DNA of 64,000 nt from a virus (lineage: Duplodnaviria; Caudoviricetes). This document shows positions 48,276 through 57,674 of this stretch, in pieces (position 1 is the first letter of the stretch; each line of letters opens with the position of its first letter). The stretch is from positions 54,072 through 118,071 of IMG/VR virus record IMGVR_UViG_3300044709_000179, one strand, 5' to 3'. The position numbers and the translations under genes were made by a program. Under the pieces are notes generated by a model, which did not search any database, was not told the DNA's origin, and saw nothing but the letters and a program-made list of their open reading frames with translations.

Positions 48276-48571
48276 GCGACATCGGCCACCCGCTGTGGTG
48301 TACCCAGGCCTCCCGCTGCACGGCCGACCACCCAGACGGCCAGCACAAGGGCGACCTCATCCAGGTCGGCGACGACCCGACCGCACCGCTGGTGATGGCC
48401 TTCCTCCGGCAGCGGACCGCGGCCGAACCGGTGGCGGTGGTCTGGCAGGGCCCGGACGGTTGTCACGCCGAATGGTCCGCTGACGACCTTGACCGGGTGG
48501 CCGCCGTCTACACGGAGCTGGCCGCCGACCTGCGGACGGGGGTGCCCCGTGGATCATCCGAAGTGGTGTGA
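48272..48571 (+). CDS. HPxWC-motif protein, paralogue 2
   Basis: HPLWCTQASRC...HKG; GTGA coupling to paralogue 1. Confidence 0.65.
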   Translation: MSDIGHPLWCTQASRCTADHPDGQHKGDLIQVGDDPTAPLVMAFLRQRTAAEPVAVVWQGPDGCHAEWSADDLDRVAAVYTELAADLRTGVPRGSSEVV

Positions 48572-48830
48572 CCCGATGCTGTGCGATGCCCACCGGCAGG
48601 ACGGTCGCCACCGGGGCGCACTGGACGTCATCGTGGAGCCGGGCGTGCGCGGCGAAGTCTGGGTGGAGCAGACGCCGGGCCTCGACGCATTCGTGATGTT
48701 GACCCGGGAGCCGTCGGACGCGGTGCTGTCGCCGGCGGGCGCGCTGCGCCTGGGCGAGATGCACGGGGACCGGGTGGCGCTGGTGAAGGCGTTCAACCGG
48801 GCTCGGGTCAGCGCGTCGGCTGAGCGATAG
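48549..48830 (+). CDS. HPxWC-motif protein, paralogue 3
   Basis: HPKWCDPMLC...HRG...VWVEQTPG. Confidence 0.65.
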   Translation: MDHPKWCDPMLCDAHRQDGRHRGALDVIVEPGVRGEVWVEQTPGLDAFVMLTREPSDAVLSPAGALRLGEMHGDRVALVKAFNRARVSASAER

Positions 48831-49043
48831 TCAGGCCTCGTCGCGCCCTCGCTCTCGCTCGATGCGTCGCCTCCGTCGCTGCAGTTCGAGGCGTAGCGCC
48901 CGCTCCACGAACGCCGAGAACTTCTCCCGGTCTTCAGTGGCTGCGGTATGCGCCTCATCCCAGATCGGCCCGATGCGGATGTGCCTCCCCGGCGTCGGTC
49001 CGTCGGGCTTCGGGGGGCGTCCGCGCTTCGGGCGTTCGGTCAT
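48831..49043 (-). CDS. Ribbon-helix-helix regulator
   Basis: RGRP...RHIRI..IWDEA...A......SAFVERAL. Confidence 0.7.
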   Translation of the reverse strand: MTERPKRGRPPKPDGPTPGRHIRIGPIWDEAHTAATEDREKFSAFVERALRLELQRRRRRIERERGRDEA

Positions 49044-49126
49044 CCGTTAAGCGTAGCACAATAAATCTTCCCACGATCGGGTCTGAGGTGGCTCCTGCGG
49101 GGATTAACCGTGCTACGATAAATGGC
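49044..49126. promoter_or_regulatory. Twin divergent leaderless promoters with extended -10 GTGCTACG(A/C)T
   Basis: Plus strand GTGCTACGAT (49110-49119) precedes ATG 49127; minus strand GTGCTACGCT (49059-49050) precedes ATG 49043. Confidence 0.7.
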
Positions 49127-51789
49127 ATGAAACCCCGCATCGACTCCAACCCCGTCGCGTGGCAGAACATCCGCGACGTCCGCTTCATCGAGATCCAAGG
49201 CGACCATGGCGTGGCGCTCGTCAGCTTCGCCAGCCGGCCGGACGACGGCGCACTCGTCGTGACTGTGTACGACCACCCGCACGTGGTGGTCAAGACCAGA
49301 TCGGCGCCTGAGGCCCCCCGCGGCGCTCTCGACGACCTGGTCTAGGCGGCTGAACTGTGAACCTGACCTTCGCCGCCGGTCGCTACGGCATCGTGCGCGG
49401 CACCACTGACAGCGACCTCGAACTGTTCACGATTGCGCCTTCCACCGCTCGCGGCGACAGCGCGGTGATCCTGGGAATCGACCTTCCGGGCGTTGGCCGG
49501 AAGCTTCGCGTCGAGGCGCCCGAAGGCGCCGAGCCGTACGGCCGCGAGGCCGAGCGATTGGCGATGCACAAAGCCGCGCAGATTTTGGCCAACTGGGCGC
49601 GCGGCAACCTCGGCGTCGATCTGTCCGTCAACGTCATCGACAACACCTGAGGAGTTCCGCCATGGCCACCGACGCACAACGTCAACAAGCCTTCGACGCC
49701 GCCTACGACGCGCTCACGCCTTTCACTGGGCACGCCCAGATCCGCGCCCAGGCCGCCGAGACGATCGTGACCGAGTTGGCCAACCTTGGTGCGAGCGACC
49801 TTCAGTGGCTGCTCACCGCCGGTATCGCCGCCCGGTCGGAGTACCTGGAGGCGTACCTGACCCTCGCCGCCGCGTTCCGCCTGCCGCGCGATGAAACCGA
49901 CCCCGCCGTGGTCGCCGCCGCCAACCTTCTTGCCCAGCATCACTGAGGAGCACCCCGTGAAGGTCTACACGCTCGGCCGCTACGGTCTCGTGTCGCTGGC
50001 GGTTCTCGAAGCGATCGGCCACCCCAGTCACCGCCAGCAGGCGGACGTCTACATCATTGCCCGCACCAAGACTGCGGCAGTCGAGTTCGCCCACGAATGC
50101 GGCATCCATGTCAGTCCCAACAGTGAAGACTTCCGGCAAGCCATGGGCGACCGCCTCGACGCGCTCCGGGAGGCTGGCCTCTGCGGGGAGCCCGGACTAC
50201 TGGTGACCTCCAACCTTGGCGGCGACCTACCCGTCGCCCGCATCGCTGTTGGTGGTGCCCCCGAGGTGATCGGCACCCTCGTCAGCAACTACCCGAACGC
50301 TCGCGGCTACACCTTCCGCCCGAACACCTGAGGGGCACGCCATGTCCAACCCGATCGATATCATCGCCCAGTCCATCCGCGACAACGACGGCGTCAGTGC
50401 CAACATGCTCGCGCGGATCGTCACCGATCACCTGACTGACGGTTCGGTTGTCGAAGCGGCCGTTGCTGCACTCAAGGCCGAGGGCTGGGAGGAGACCCAT
50501 GAAGGTCCGCTGGGCATCGGGACGCTGTCCGACGAGGACCTCACCAACATCGCCCGCACTGTCCTTCGCTCCGTCGGCGGTGCGTGATGCCCACCGCCGC
50601 CGATCTTCCCGTCTGCTCGATCGTCGCGACGGGCACAATGGTCTTCATCAAGGATTGGGATTCGGCGAAACAGTCCCGCCCTTGGTCCGGTATCGGCGAG
50701 TGCGCCCCCACTGACGCCGACATTGACGCCCTGCTTCAGTCCGGCGATGCCACCGTCCTGCGCGTGGGGAGGGGGTCGTAATGACCCCCACCTGGCTGCA
50801 CCTCCGCCGCATCATGTCGTCCCGCCCGATGGAGCGCCTGCTCGTCTGGCTGTCCGGCGTCTCCGGCGGCGCCGCGCTGATGGAGTTCATCGCCGGCCGA
50901 GTCAGCCTCGCGTGGCTGGTGGCATTGGTCAGCGTGGTGTTTCTGGGCGCGGCCGGCGTTGGCGCACGGTGGGGCAGGGATCCGCGATGAGCAAGGCAGG
51001 CAAGGCCGCAGGTGCGGCACCAACCGAGAGGACTCCGAAGTGAAGACCATCCACGAACTGACCGACCCGAGCGCACGCAACCTCGCAGGCTTCGAGGGTT
51101 CTGCGCCCGTCTACCTGGAGGCGCGACCCGAGGGTCGGATCCATGTTGACCGCGTCGCCGGCTCGTACGTCCTGGAGGCGACCGACCGAAACGGCGAGAG
51201 CGTAATGGTGCCTATAAGCCGCGCCCGACTGCTGGGTATGGCCCGCGCGATCATCGCGAACCTGGAGGGCTGACCAATGACCAAGCCCGCAGATCTCAAG
51301 GTCGGCGATCGCATCCACGCCGAGGGCATCAACTGGCTGACCGTGATCGCGGAACCGTTCGTGGACTGCACTGAGCAGCTTGCGGCGAAGCTCGGCATCA
51401 GCTATCACCCCGAGGACGACCGCGTCCACATCGACATCGAGCCTGCGCCGGGTGCCGACATCTGGGACTGCGGCGTACTCGCCGATGCGGCAGGTGCCGA
51501 GGCTGCCGAGTGGCTGGGCATGACCCCGACCCTGCGCTACCGGCTGTTCTTCAAGCCGGATGCTGACGTGAAGACAGGGGGCTGACCGATGCGGGTCTCC
51601 GGCCACGGCCTCCAGCGCGAGGGTCGCGCCTTCGACGAGGCGGGCAACTACACCGGACAACCAACCGGATATGGCCGCTGCGAATGCGGGGAGATGTCGG
51701 TCTTGCTGGACTCGACCTCAGCGCGGCAGAGGTGGCACATACAACACAAGCAGGAGGTCTCAGGTGCTGCATCCACAGTCGCTCCGTGA
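49127..51789 (+). other. Operon of about 10 small hypothetical CDSs
   Basis: Starts at 49127, 49357, 49662, 49957, 50342, 50587, 50781, 51040, 51277 and 51589, with RBSs or coupling. Confidence 0.65.
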
Positions 51790-52375
51790 GGCCTTCGAGC
51801 GGCACGCGCCAACGTCTGGAGACGGTTGCTGGATCTGGCGTGGCAACATCAGACCCGAGACCGGCTACGCGCGACTAGTTCACCGCAAAAAGCACTGGTT
51901 CGCGCACCGGGCTGCGTACTTCCTTGCCAATGGCGCCATTCCCGATGGCCTCACGGTCGATCACCTTTGCCACAACGCCGACCTTTCGTGTCCAGGCGGT
52001 GTCACCTGCCCCCATCGCGCTTGCGTCCGGCTCGATCACCTCGGGCTCGCGCCGTCGGGCGTGAACAGTCGTCGAGCCAGCGTCCGGTTTAGAACTGGCC
52101 GATGCGGCAAGGGGCATCCGATTTCCGACGGGTACCGGCTCGCTAGCGGGGTGTGGATGTGCCGAACGTGCCGCCTGACCAGCGGGTACGTTCCCAAGAC
52201 TGCACGCAACGCCCATGGTCGCGGTATTTGCCCCCAGTCCGACTGCGGGCGGCTGATGTCGCTAAGGGCGGACGGCACGCTTCACTGGCATGAGTCCCCC
52301 CGCGCTCGATCGGAAACGTGCGCGGGATACGGCCAAGTTCCGGCGGAGGTCGTCCACCTCGATCGGGCAGCCTGA
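51764..52375 (+). CDS. HNH endonuclease
   Basis: GCWIW.G, AHR.AY, DHLC...HRACV..DHL, and C.KGH; related to the HNH at 40223. Confidence 0.85.
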   Translation: MLHPQSLREAFERHAPTSGDGCWIWRGNIRPETGYARLVHRKKHWFAHRAAYFLANGAIPDGLTVDHLCHNADLSCPGGVTCPHRACVRLDHLGLAPSGVNSRRASVRFRTGRCGKGHPISDGYRLASGVWMCRTCRLTSGYVPKTARNAHGRGICPQSDCGRLMSLRADGTLHWHESPRARSETCAGYGQVPAEVVHLDRAA

Positions 52376-52917
52376 TGGACGCCACCGCGTGGTCCGGCAC
52401 CGGCCACCGCCCCGCCACCCGCAAGGACCCGTCCGGTCTCACCGAGCTGCAGATGCAGTGGGCCCGCGAGCAAGCACGTCACGGCCTACACCGCCTCCGC
52501 GAGCAGGGCCCGATCGTCATCAAAAGCGGTATGGCCCTGGGCTGGGACATGATCCTCGCCGCCGCGGCGTTCGACCTCGGCATCCCGTTCGAGGCCCACA
52601 TCCCCTACGTGTCCCAGCCGATGCTCTGGCCGCCCGCCGCGCAGGCGGAATGGCTGAGGCTCAGGTCGGTGGCCGCCCGTGAGGTCGTCTACGGCGAGAA
52701 TCCCGGCGACCGGTGGACCGCAGTGAAGCTGCTGCACGCTCGGAACGATGGCCTACTCAAGGCCGATCGCCTGCTCGCGCTGTGGGATGCCCGCAAGCGC
52801 AAGGGCGGCACGTGGTCCGCCGTCGAGAAGGCGCAGCGCCTCGGGCTGGCCGGCGTGCACCTGGACCCAGCCACGCGGTCCGTGCGGCGAGTTGGGCCGG
52901 GCGGCTGGTTCACCTGA
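52375..52917 (+). CDS. SLOG (YspA/DUF1273-like) protein
   Basis: TGHRP, SGMALGWD, IP..Q..W, RN, ALWD and GGT motifs. Confidence 0.85.
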   Translation: MDATAWSGTGHRPATRKDPSGLTELQMQWAREQARHGLHRLREQGPIVIKSGMALGWDMILAAAAFDLGIPFEAHIPYVSQPMLWPPAAQAEWLRLRSVAAREVVYGENPGDRWTAVKLLHARNDGLLKADRLLALWDARKRKGGTWSAVEKAQRLGLAGVHLDPATRSVRRVGPGGWFT

Positions 52918-53165
52918 ACGTCCGTTGCGGACGCACGCCCCGATGGGCAAGGTGGCTGAATGACCTCCGACCCCGCTGGCGGCTTCCGCCAGGCGCTCAC
53001 ATTGATCGACACCGGCGAGACCGACCTGATCGTGACGATGGTCGCGGAGGCCGCCGACTGGGCCCGCGAACACGGCTACCGGGTGGTCGAGGCGGAGCAG
53101 AACGGCGAGCCCATCTTCGAGATCTGGCCGGGCGATTCGGGCGCGCCCGGCGATGCACAGGCAGG

Positions 53166-56100
53166 CTAGGCCGCCGCGTCAACCTCCCGCAGTTCGGCCA
53201 AGTCCACCCCGTGCTCCCGCAGCAGCCGCTCCACGGTGGCGATCGTCAGCGGCTCCCACACCCGGTGCGGGTCGCGGCGGGCCAGCCGGAACCACTGGGT
53301 GCCGCGCCGCTTGACGACGTCGACCCGCCATGAGCCGTCCGGGGTCCGCCACGCCATGGGTCAAAGCTAGATCTGGCGCGGGCGGAAGATCGGGAATCAC
53401 ATGGGCGTAACTACGTGATCCGCGTCGCGCTACCGGTAATGCCGCGCTGCGGCGTCGATCACGGTGGCAACCTGCTCGTCGGTGAGCCACGGCCAACACT
53501 GATCCAGGTCCACGATGGGCCCCGTCGGCTCAAGCATTCCGCACCCCTTGACGGCCTCGGTTGCCCGGTGGGCCAACAACCAGCCGGCGTCGATCACGAA
53601 CGCCTCCGCCGTCGTGTACGGGCCACCCGCGCAATGTATGTCCTGGATGCGGATCCACTCGCGGGCATCCCGATGCGACATGCCGTTGGCGCGCGTCTCG
53701 ACGCTGAACATCTCGCGCTTCATCTCCGCCGCCGCCTCACGCCCACTTCGGGCCTCGATCAGCCACGGCGAGTCGAAGCAGGCGCCGACTACGGCCCACC
53801 ACCTACGTCCGTCGTCGGTGATGCCGCGCAGGTCGGCGGTCAGCTTCACGGCCTCAGTCCTCGTCACCCTGCGGCATGCCGCCGTACGCGCCCAGCTCAT
53901 CGCGCGGAACGTCGGTCAGCAGCGACACGGCTGCTTCGGCGGTGCCGTCGAGACGGCTCAGCGCGTCGCTCACCGCCTGTTCGTCGCGGTCGGGGGTCTC
54001 GGGCACGGCTAGCCCTCCTCGTTGTCGTGCCGGTAGCCAGCCTCAATCCGCGCCGCCACCATCTCCCGCAGCACCTTCACCCGCCGCCCGCTCGGCGACA
54101 CCAGCGGTGCCATCTGGCCGGTGGCGCAGTCGAGCACGCGGGTGAGTTCGGCGGGGGTCATCTCGTCGTTGGTGGTCACAGCACTCACCACGCAGCCGGG
54201 GCAACGATGCGGAACGTGTAGCCGTCTTCAACGAACGAGGTCGTGACCATGTCGGCCGCCTCCGCGACGGGCGTCTCCAGCCGCTCGGCCCACGACTCAA
54301 CGTCGGCGCGGCTGCCGAGATACATGGTGGCGCTGTAGTCCTCGCAGGCGAGACGTCCGACGGGAAGCCCTTCCTCGCGGGCGGCGTCGAGGATCTCCTT
54401 GAAGGCGCCTTCGGTCAGGTACTCCATGACTCAGTCCTCTCCCGGTCGCCAGCCCGCGCGGGCCACCGATCCGGCGTTGAAGTCGTTGATGGTGACGGTG
54501 CCCCACGCGCCTTCGGTGAAGCGGGCCAGCCAGTCGGTGAGTTCGGCGCCGAGCGCCTTCGCCTCGTCGGTGAGCCCGTACGGTCCGACCGCCCACTCCG
54601 CCGGTGCGGAGACGGCGACCACGATGCACTGATACATGGAGCCGGTGTCGCAGCGGACCGAGGCCCTGGCACCGTCCGGCCAGCGCTTGAACCGGACGTT
54701 GGACTTGATCGCCTTGCGAAGTTCGGTGCGGAACGCTGCGGCGCGTTCGGTCAGGGTGGGCATGTCTCACTCCTCAGATCTTCGGGTCGCCGATGACGGC
54801 GTTCCATGGGTCGGTGTAGACATGCGCCTCGCTCGGGTCGATCAGGTCGGCGAGCAGTGCCACCCGAGCGGCGTCGGATGCGGCGTGCGAGGCGGCCCCA
54901 CACGTCGCCCTCGTACGGGCCGAGCCCCTCCCGCTCCGCCCTGCGGACGATCTCCTCTACGGCCAGGACGTCGCGCCAGTGTTCGCCGTAGCGCCTCCAC
55001 GCACGGTGCCAGAGGTCGGACTGGTGGGTGCGGTACATCCGGTAGTGCTTGATCCAGGCCTCGTGGAGGCGGGTGCGCTCGTCGGCGGTGAGGCGTCCGA
55101 CACGGTCGAGGATGGCCGCAACCAACGGCTTGGCAAGCAGTTCGGCCTGCCGCGCCTTGGTGGCGGCGTAGAAGGCGTCCGCCTCCTCCGGTGTCATGTT
55201 GAGCGGGTTTGATCGACGCTTCGGCATGTAGCGGTCGGGGTCGTCGAGGATGGTGCGGATCGTCTCGGCCATACCTCAGCTCCCGATTCCGTTGCGAAGC
55301 ACCTCGGCCAGCTCGATCTCCCGGTCCCGCCACGGCGAGTCGTTCCGCAGGTCGATGCCCTGCTCGCGCAGGAAGGTGGTAGCCTCGTCGCGCTGCCGCT
55401 TCTCGGCCCACTGGGTGAGCGTGTAGAAGCGCTTGCCGTATCCATCCGGACCGTCGGCCTGGGTGTCTCGGCGGAACTTCTCCTCGCGGTAGCCTTCACC
55501 GACCGTGATCCACACCCGGGCGACCTTAGTTACGGTGGCTTCGCGGGGCTCGCGGCGGGGCTGGCAGAGCATCACGGTGTCGCCAACGTGGACGTCGACC
55601 ATCTCGGTCACGGCTCAGCCCTCCTCGCGGCCAATCGGTCGGGCCTTGCGGTCACCCTCGGGCGTGCCGTCAGACTCCTCCAGCGTCGCCACGAGGTACT
55701 CGGCGAAACCGCCCGGGTAGCGACACCAACCCTCGGAGCCTGCGCGCACCTCGTGGTCGCTGACGCGGGTCGCGACGACGCCGCCGATGTTGACCAGTTC
55801 GCGGTCCTCGGGCTTGACGAACCTGGGCTGCTTGGCGGCGAAGTAGCACTGAGCGGCTTCGAGGCTGCGGGGGTCTTCGGTGGTCATGTCGTTCCCCTTA
55901 CGCGGTAGTGAGTTCGCGGCGGCCGGTCGGGCAGCCGTACGAAGCCATGTGCTGGGCCTGCTCCTCGCCGCACGGGCAGCGGTGGACCTTGCAGCCGTAC
56001 GGGCAGTCGGACAACTCGGCCTCGACCATGTCGTGCTGATGCGGTTTCTGGGCCGCGAGCCGCTGGTAGCAGTTCTTGCCAACCCGCAATTGACGTCCGG

Positions 56101-56762
56101 TCGCGGACTCCTCCACGAGGAACACGCGCCTGTGCGGAGTGCCGCAGAGGTCGCAGCCGTTCTCGGTGTCGTGGTACCGGACGTCGAGGAGCATCCAGGC
56201 CGGTTCGACCGGCAGGAAGTCAAGGGCGGTCATGTCGTTCTCCTGTTCAGGCTGCAACGGTGCTGTACGTTCCGACGACGGCCGCCGCGATCCGCGCGGC
56301 CTCCCGGTCGGCCTCGGTGAGCCGGTCGAGGGCGTTGCGTCCGACGTTGTTGATCCGCCCCGCCACGGTGACCTTCCGTCGCCCCTGCATCTCAACGACG
56401 AGGTCGAGCATGCCGCGCTTGGCGAGGGCGTGGAGTTGCGTGACGGACGCCTGTCCGACGCCACCGCCCCGGTGGACGATGCCGTTGATCGCGGCCACGG
56501 CGAGGATCGTGTGGCCGGGGTCGGTGACCTTGGTGGCGGTGCCCTTGGCGGGCGGGGCGAGAGCGATGGTCGGGGTGTGCTCGGCGACCAGGGTGCGGTA
56601 CGCGATCAAGGCATCGGTCTCGTAGCCGAAGCGGTGCGAGGAGGTCTGGCGGCCGTCGGTGAGGGTCTGGACGAGCCAGCCCAGGACGTGGGGAGCGAGG
56701 GCGATGATGACGTTGCCACGCTCAGTGGTCCGGGTGCCGGAGGCGAGGGTGGTGATCGTCAT
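53166..56762 (-). other. Leftward operon of about 10 small hypothetical CDSs
   Basis: ORFs starting near 56762, 56233, 55887, 55611, 55272, 54763, 54427, 54191, 53900 and 53357. Confidence 0.65.
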
Positions 56763-56774
56763 TGTGGGCTCCTA

Positions 56775-56827
56775 AACCTTGTAGAACTGACTGACACAGT
56801 CTAACCTTGTAGAAGTCAAGGACGCAA
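56775..56827 (-). promoter_or_regulatory. Promoter TTGCGT-N18-TAGACT overlapped by AACCTTGTAGAA repeats
   Basis: Repeats at 56775-56786 and 56803-56814; imperfect palindrome CCTTG-tagaagt-CAAGG at 56805-56821. Confidence 0.7.
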
Positions 56828-56882
56828 GGAAGTGGCCGCTAAAGTTACCGCTCTCAGTGACACGAAGTTTGCGGGAGGCGGC

Positions 56883-57149
56883 GTGAGCGACGAGGAGGTG
56901 CCCGTGCTCGACAGGGCAGCGGTGGCCGCACTGATTGGTGTGCGCCCGAAGACGATCTCCCAGTACCTGGTGGAGTCCGGACCAGAAGGGCGGTACGCCG
57001 ACCATCCGTTCCCGGCGCCGGACGGACGCATCGGACGCGGGCCGTACTGGCTGCGCAAGCGGGAGAAGGAGATTCGTAAGTGGGCCGAGACGCGGGCGGG
57101 GCAGGGTGCCGGCGGTGGTCGCCCGAAGCAGGGCGGGTCAAATGGCTGA
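56883..57149 (+). CDS. AlpA/excisionase-like HTH protein
   Basis: LDRAAVAALIGV.PKTI..Y...FPAPDG.IGR.PYW...I..W...R.G.G. Confidence 0.8.
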   Translation: MSDEEVPVLDRAAVAALIGVRPKTISQYLVESGPEGRYADHPFPAPDGRIGRGPYWLRKREKEIRKWAETRAGQGAGGGRPKQGGSNG

Positions 57150-57579
57150 CGCGATGCTGGTCAGGCAGCGGAAGGTCAGCGAGCGCGGCCGGATCACCTA
57201 CTTCTCTCCGGACGACCCGCACGCCATCTACTACGTGTTCGACGGCTGGGATCGTGTCATCTACATCGGCAGCAGTTCGGACCCGCATGCAAGGGTCAGG
57301 GCGCATCGCGGCTCGGCCCTGTGGCGCCGCGAGATCGCTCGCTACGAGGTGCGCGACTGGTACCCGAATCGGGCCACAGCCCAGCGGGCCGAACACGCGT
57401 TGGTGTGGGAGTTGGACCCCGATCACAACTTCGTGGGCACGCCGATGAACGCGGTCGTCAACCGCGTGTTCGGCGAGGCGCGCCGAATGCTCGAAGCGGA
57501 ACTGCGCCAAGCGAAACGTGAGCGGATTCAGCGCGAGCGCGACGCGATCGACGCCGTGCGGATGTCACTCGCAGGGTGA
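57142..57579 (+). CDS. GIY-YIG domain protein
   Basis: IYYVFD..DRVIYIGSS.DP.AR..AH...W...AE......P.HN. Confidence 0.8.
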   Translation: MADAMLVRQRKVSERGRITYFSPDDPHAIYYVFDGWDRVIYIGSSSDPHARVRAHRGSALWRREIARYEVRDWYPNRATAQRAEHALVWELDPDHNFVGTPMNAVVNRVFGEARRMLEAELRQAKRERIQRERDAIDAVRMSLAG

Positions 57580-57582
57580 CCC

Positions 57583-57645
57583 AAACTTTGTAGATCTCAT
57601 TGACACGAAGTAGCGACGTGGCGTAACGTAGTAGAAGTCAAGGAC
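57583..57645 (+). promoter_or_regulatory. Promoter TTGACA-N18-TAACGT sharing the operator-like motif
   Basis: -35 at 57600-57605, -10 at 57624-57629; GTAGAAGTCAAGGAC at 57631-57645 is identical to 56809-56823. Confidence 0.75.
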
Positions 57646-57674
57646 ATGACGTTAGCGCCACCGAGGGAGCCCCG

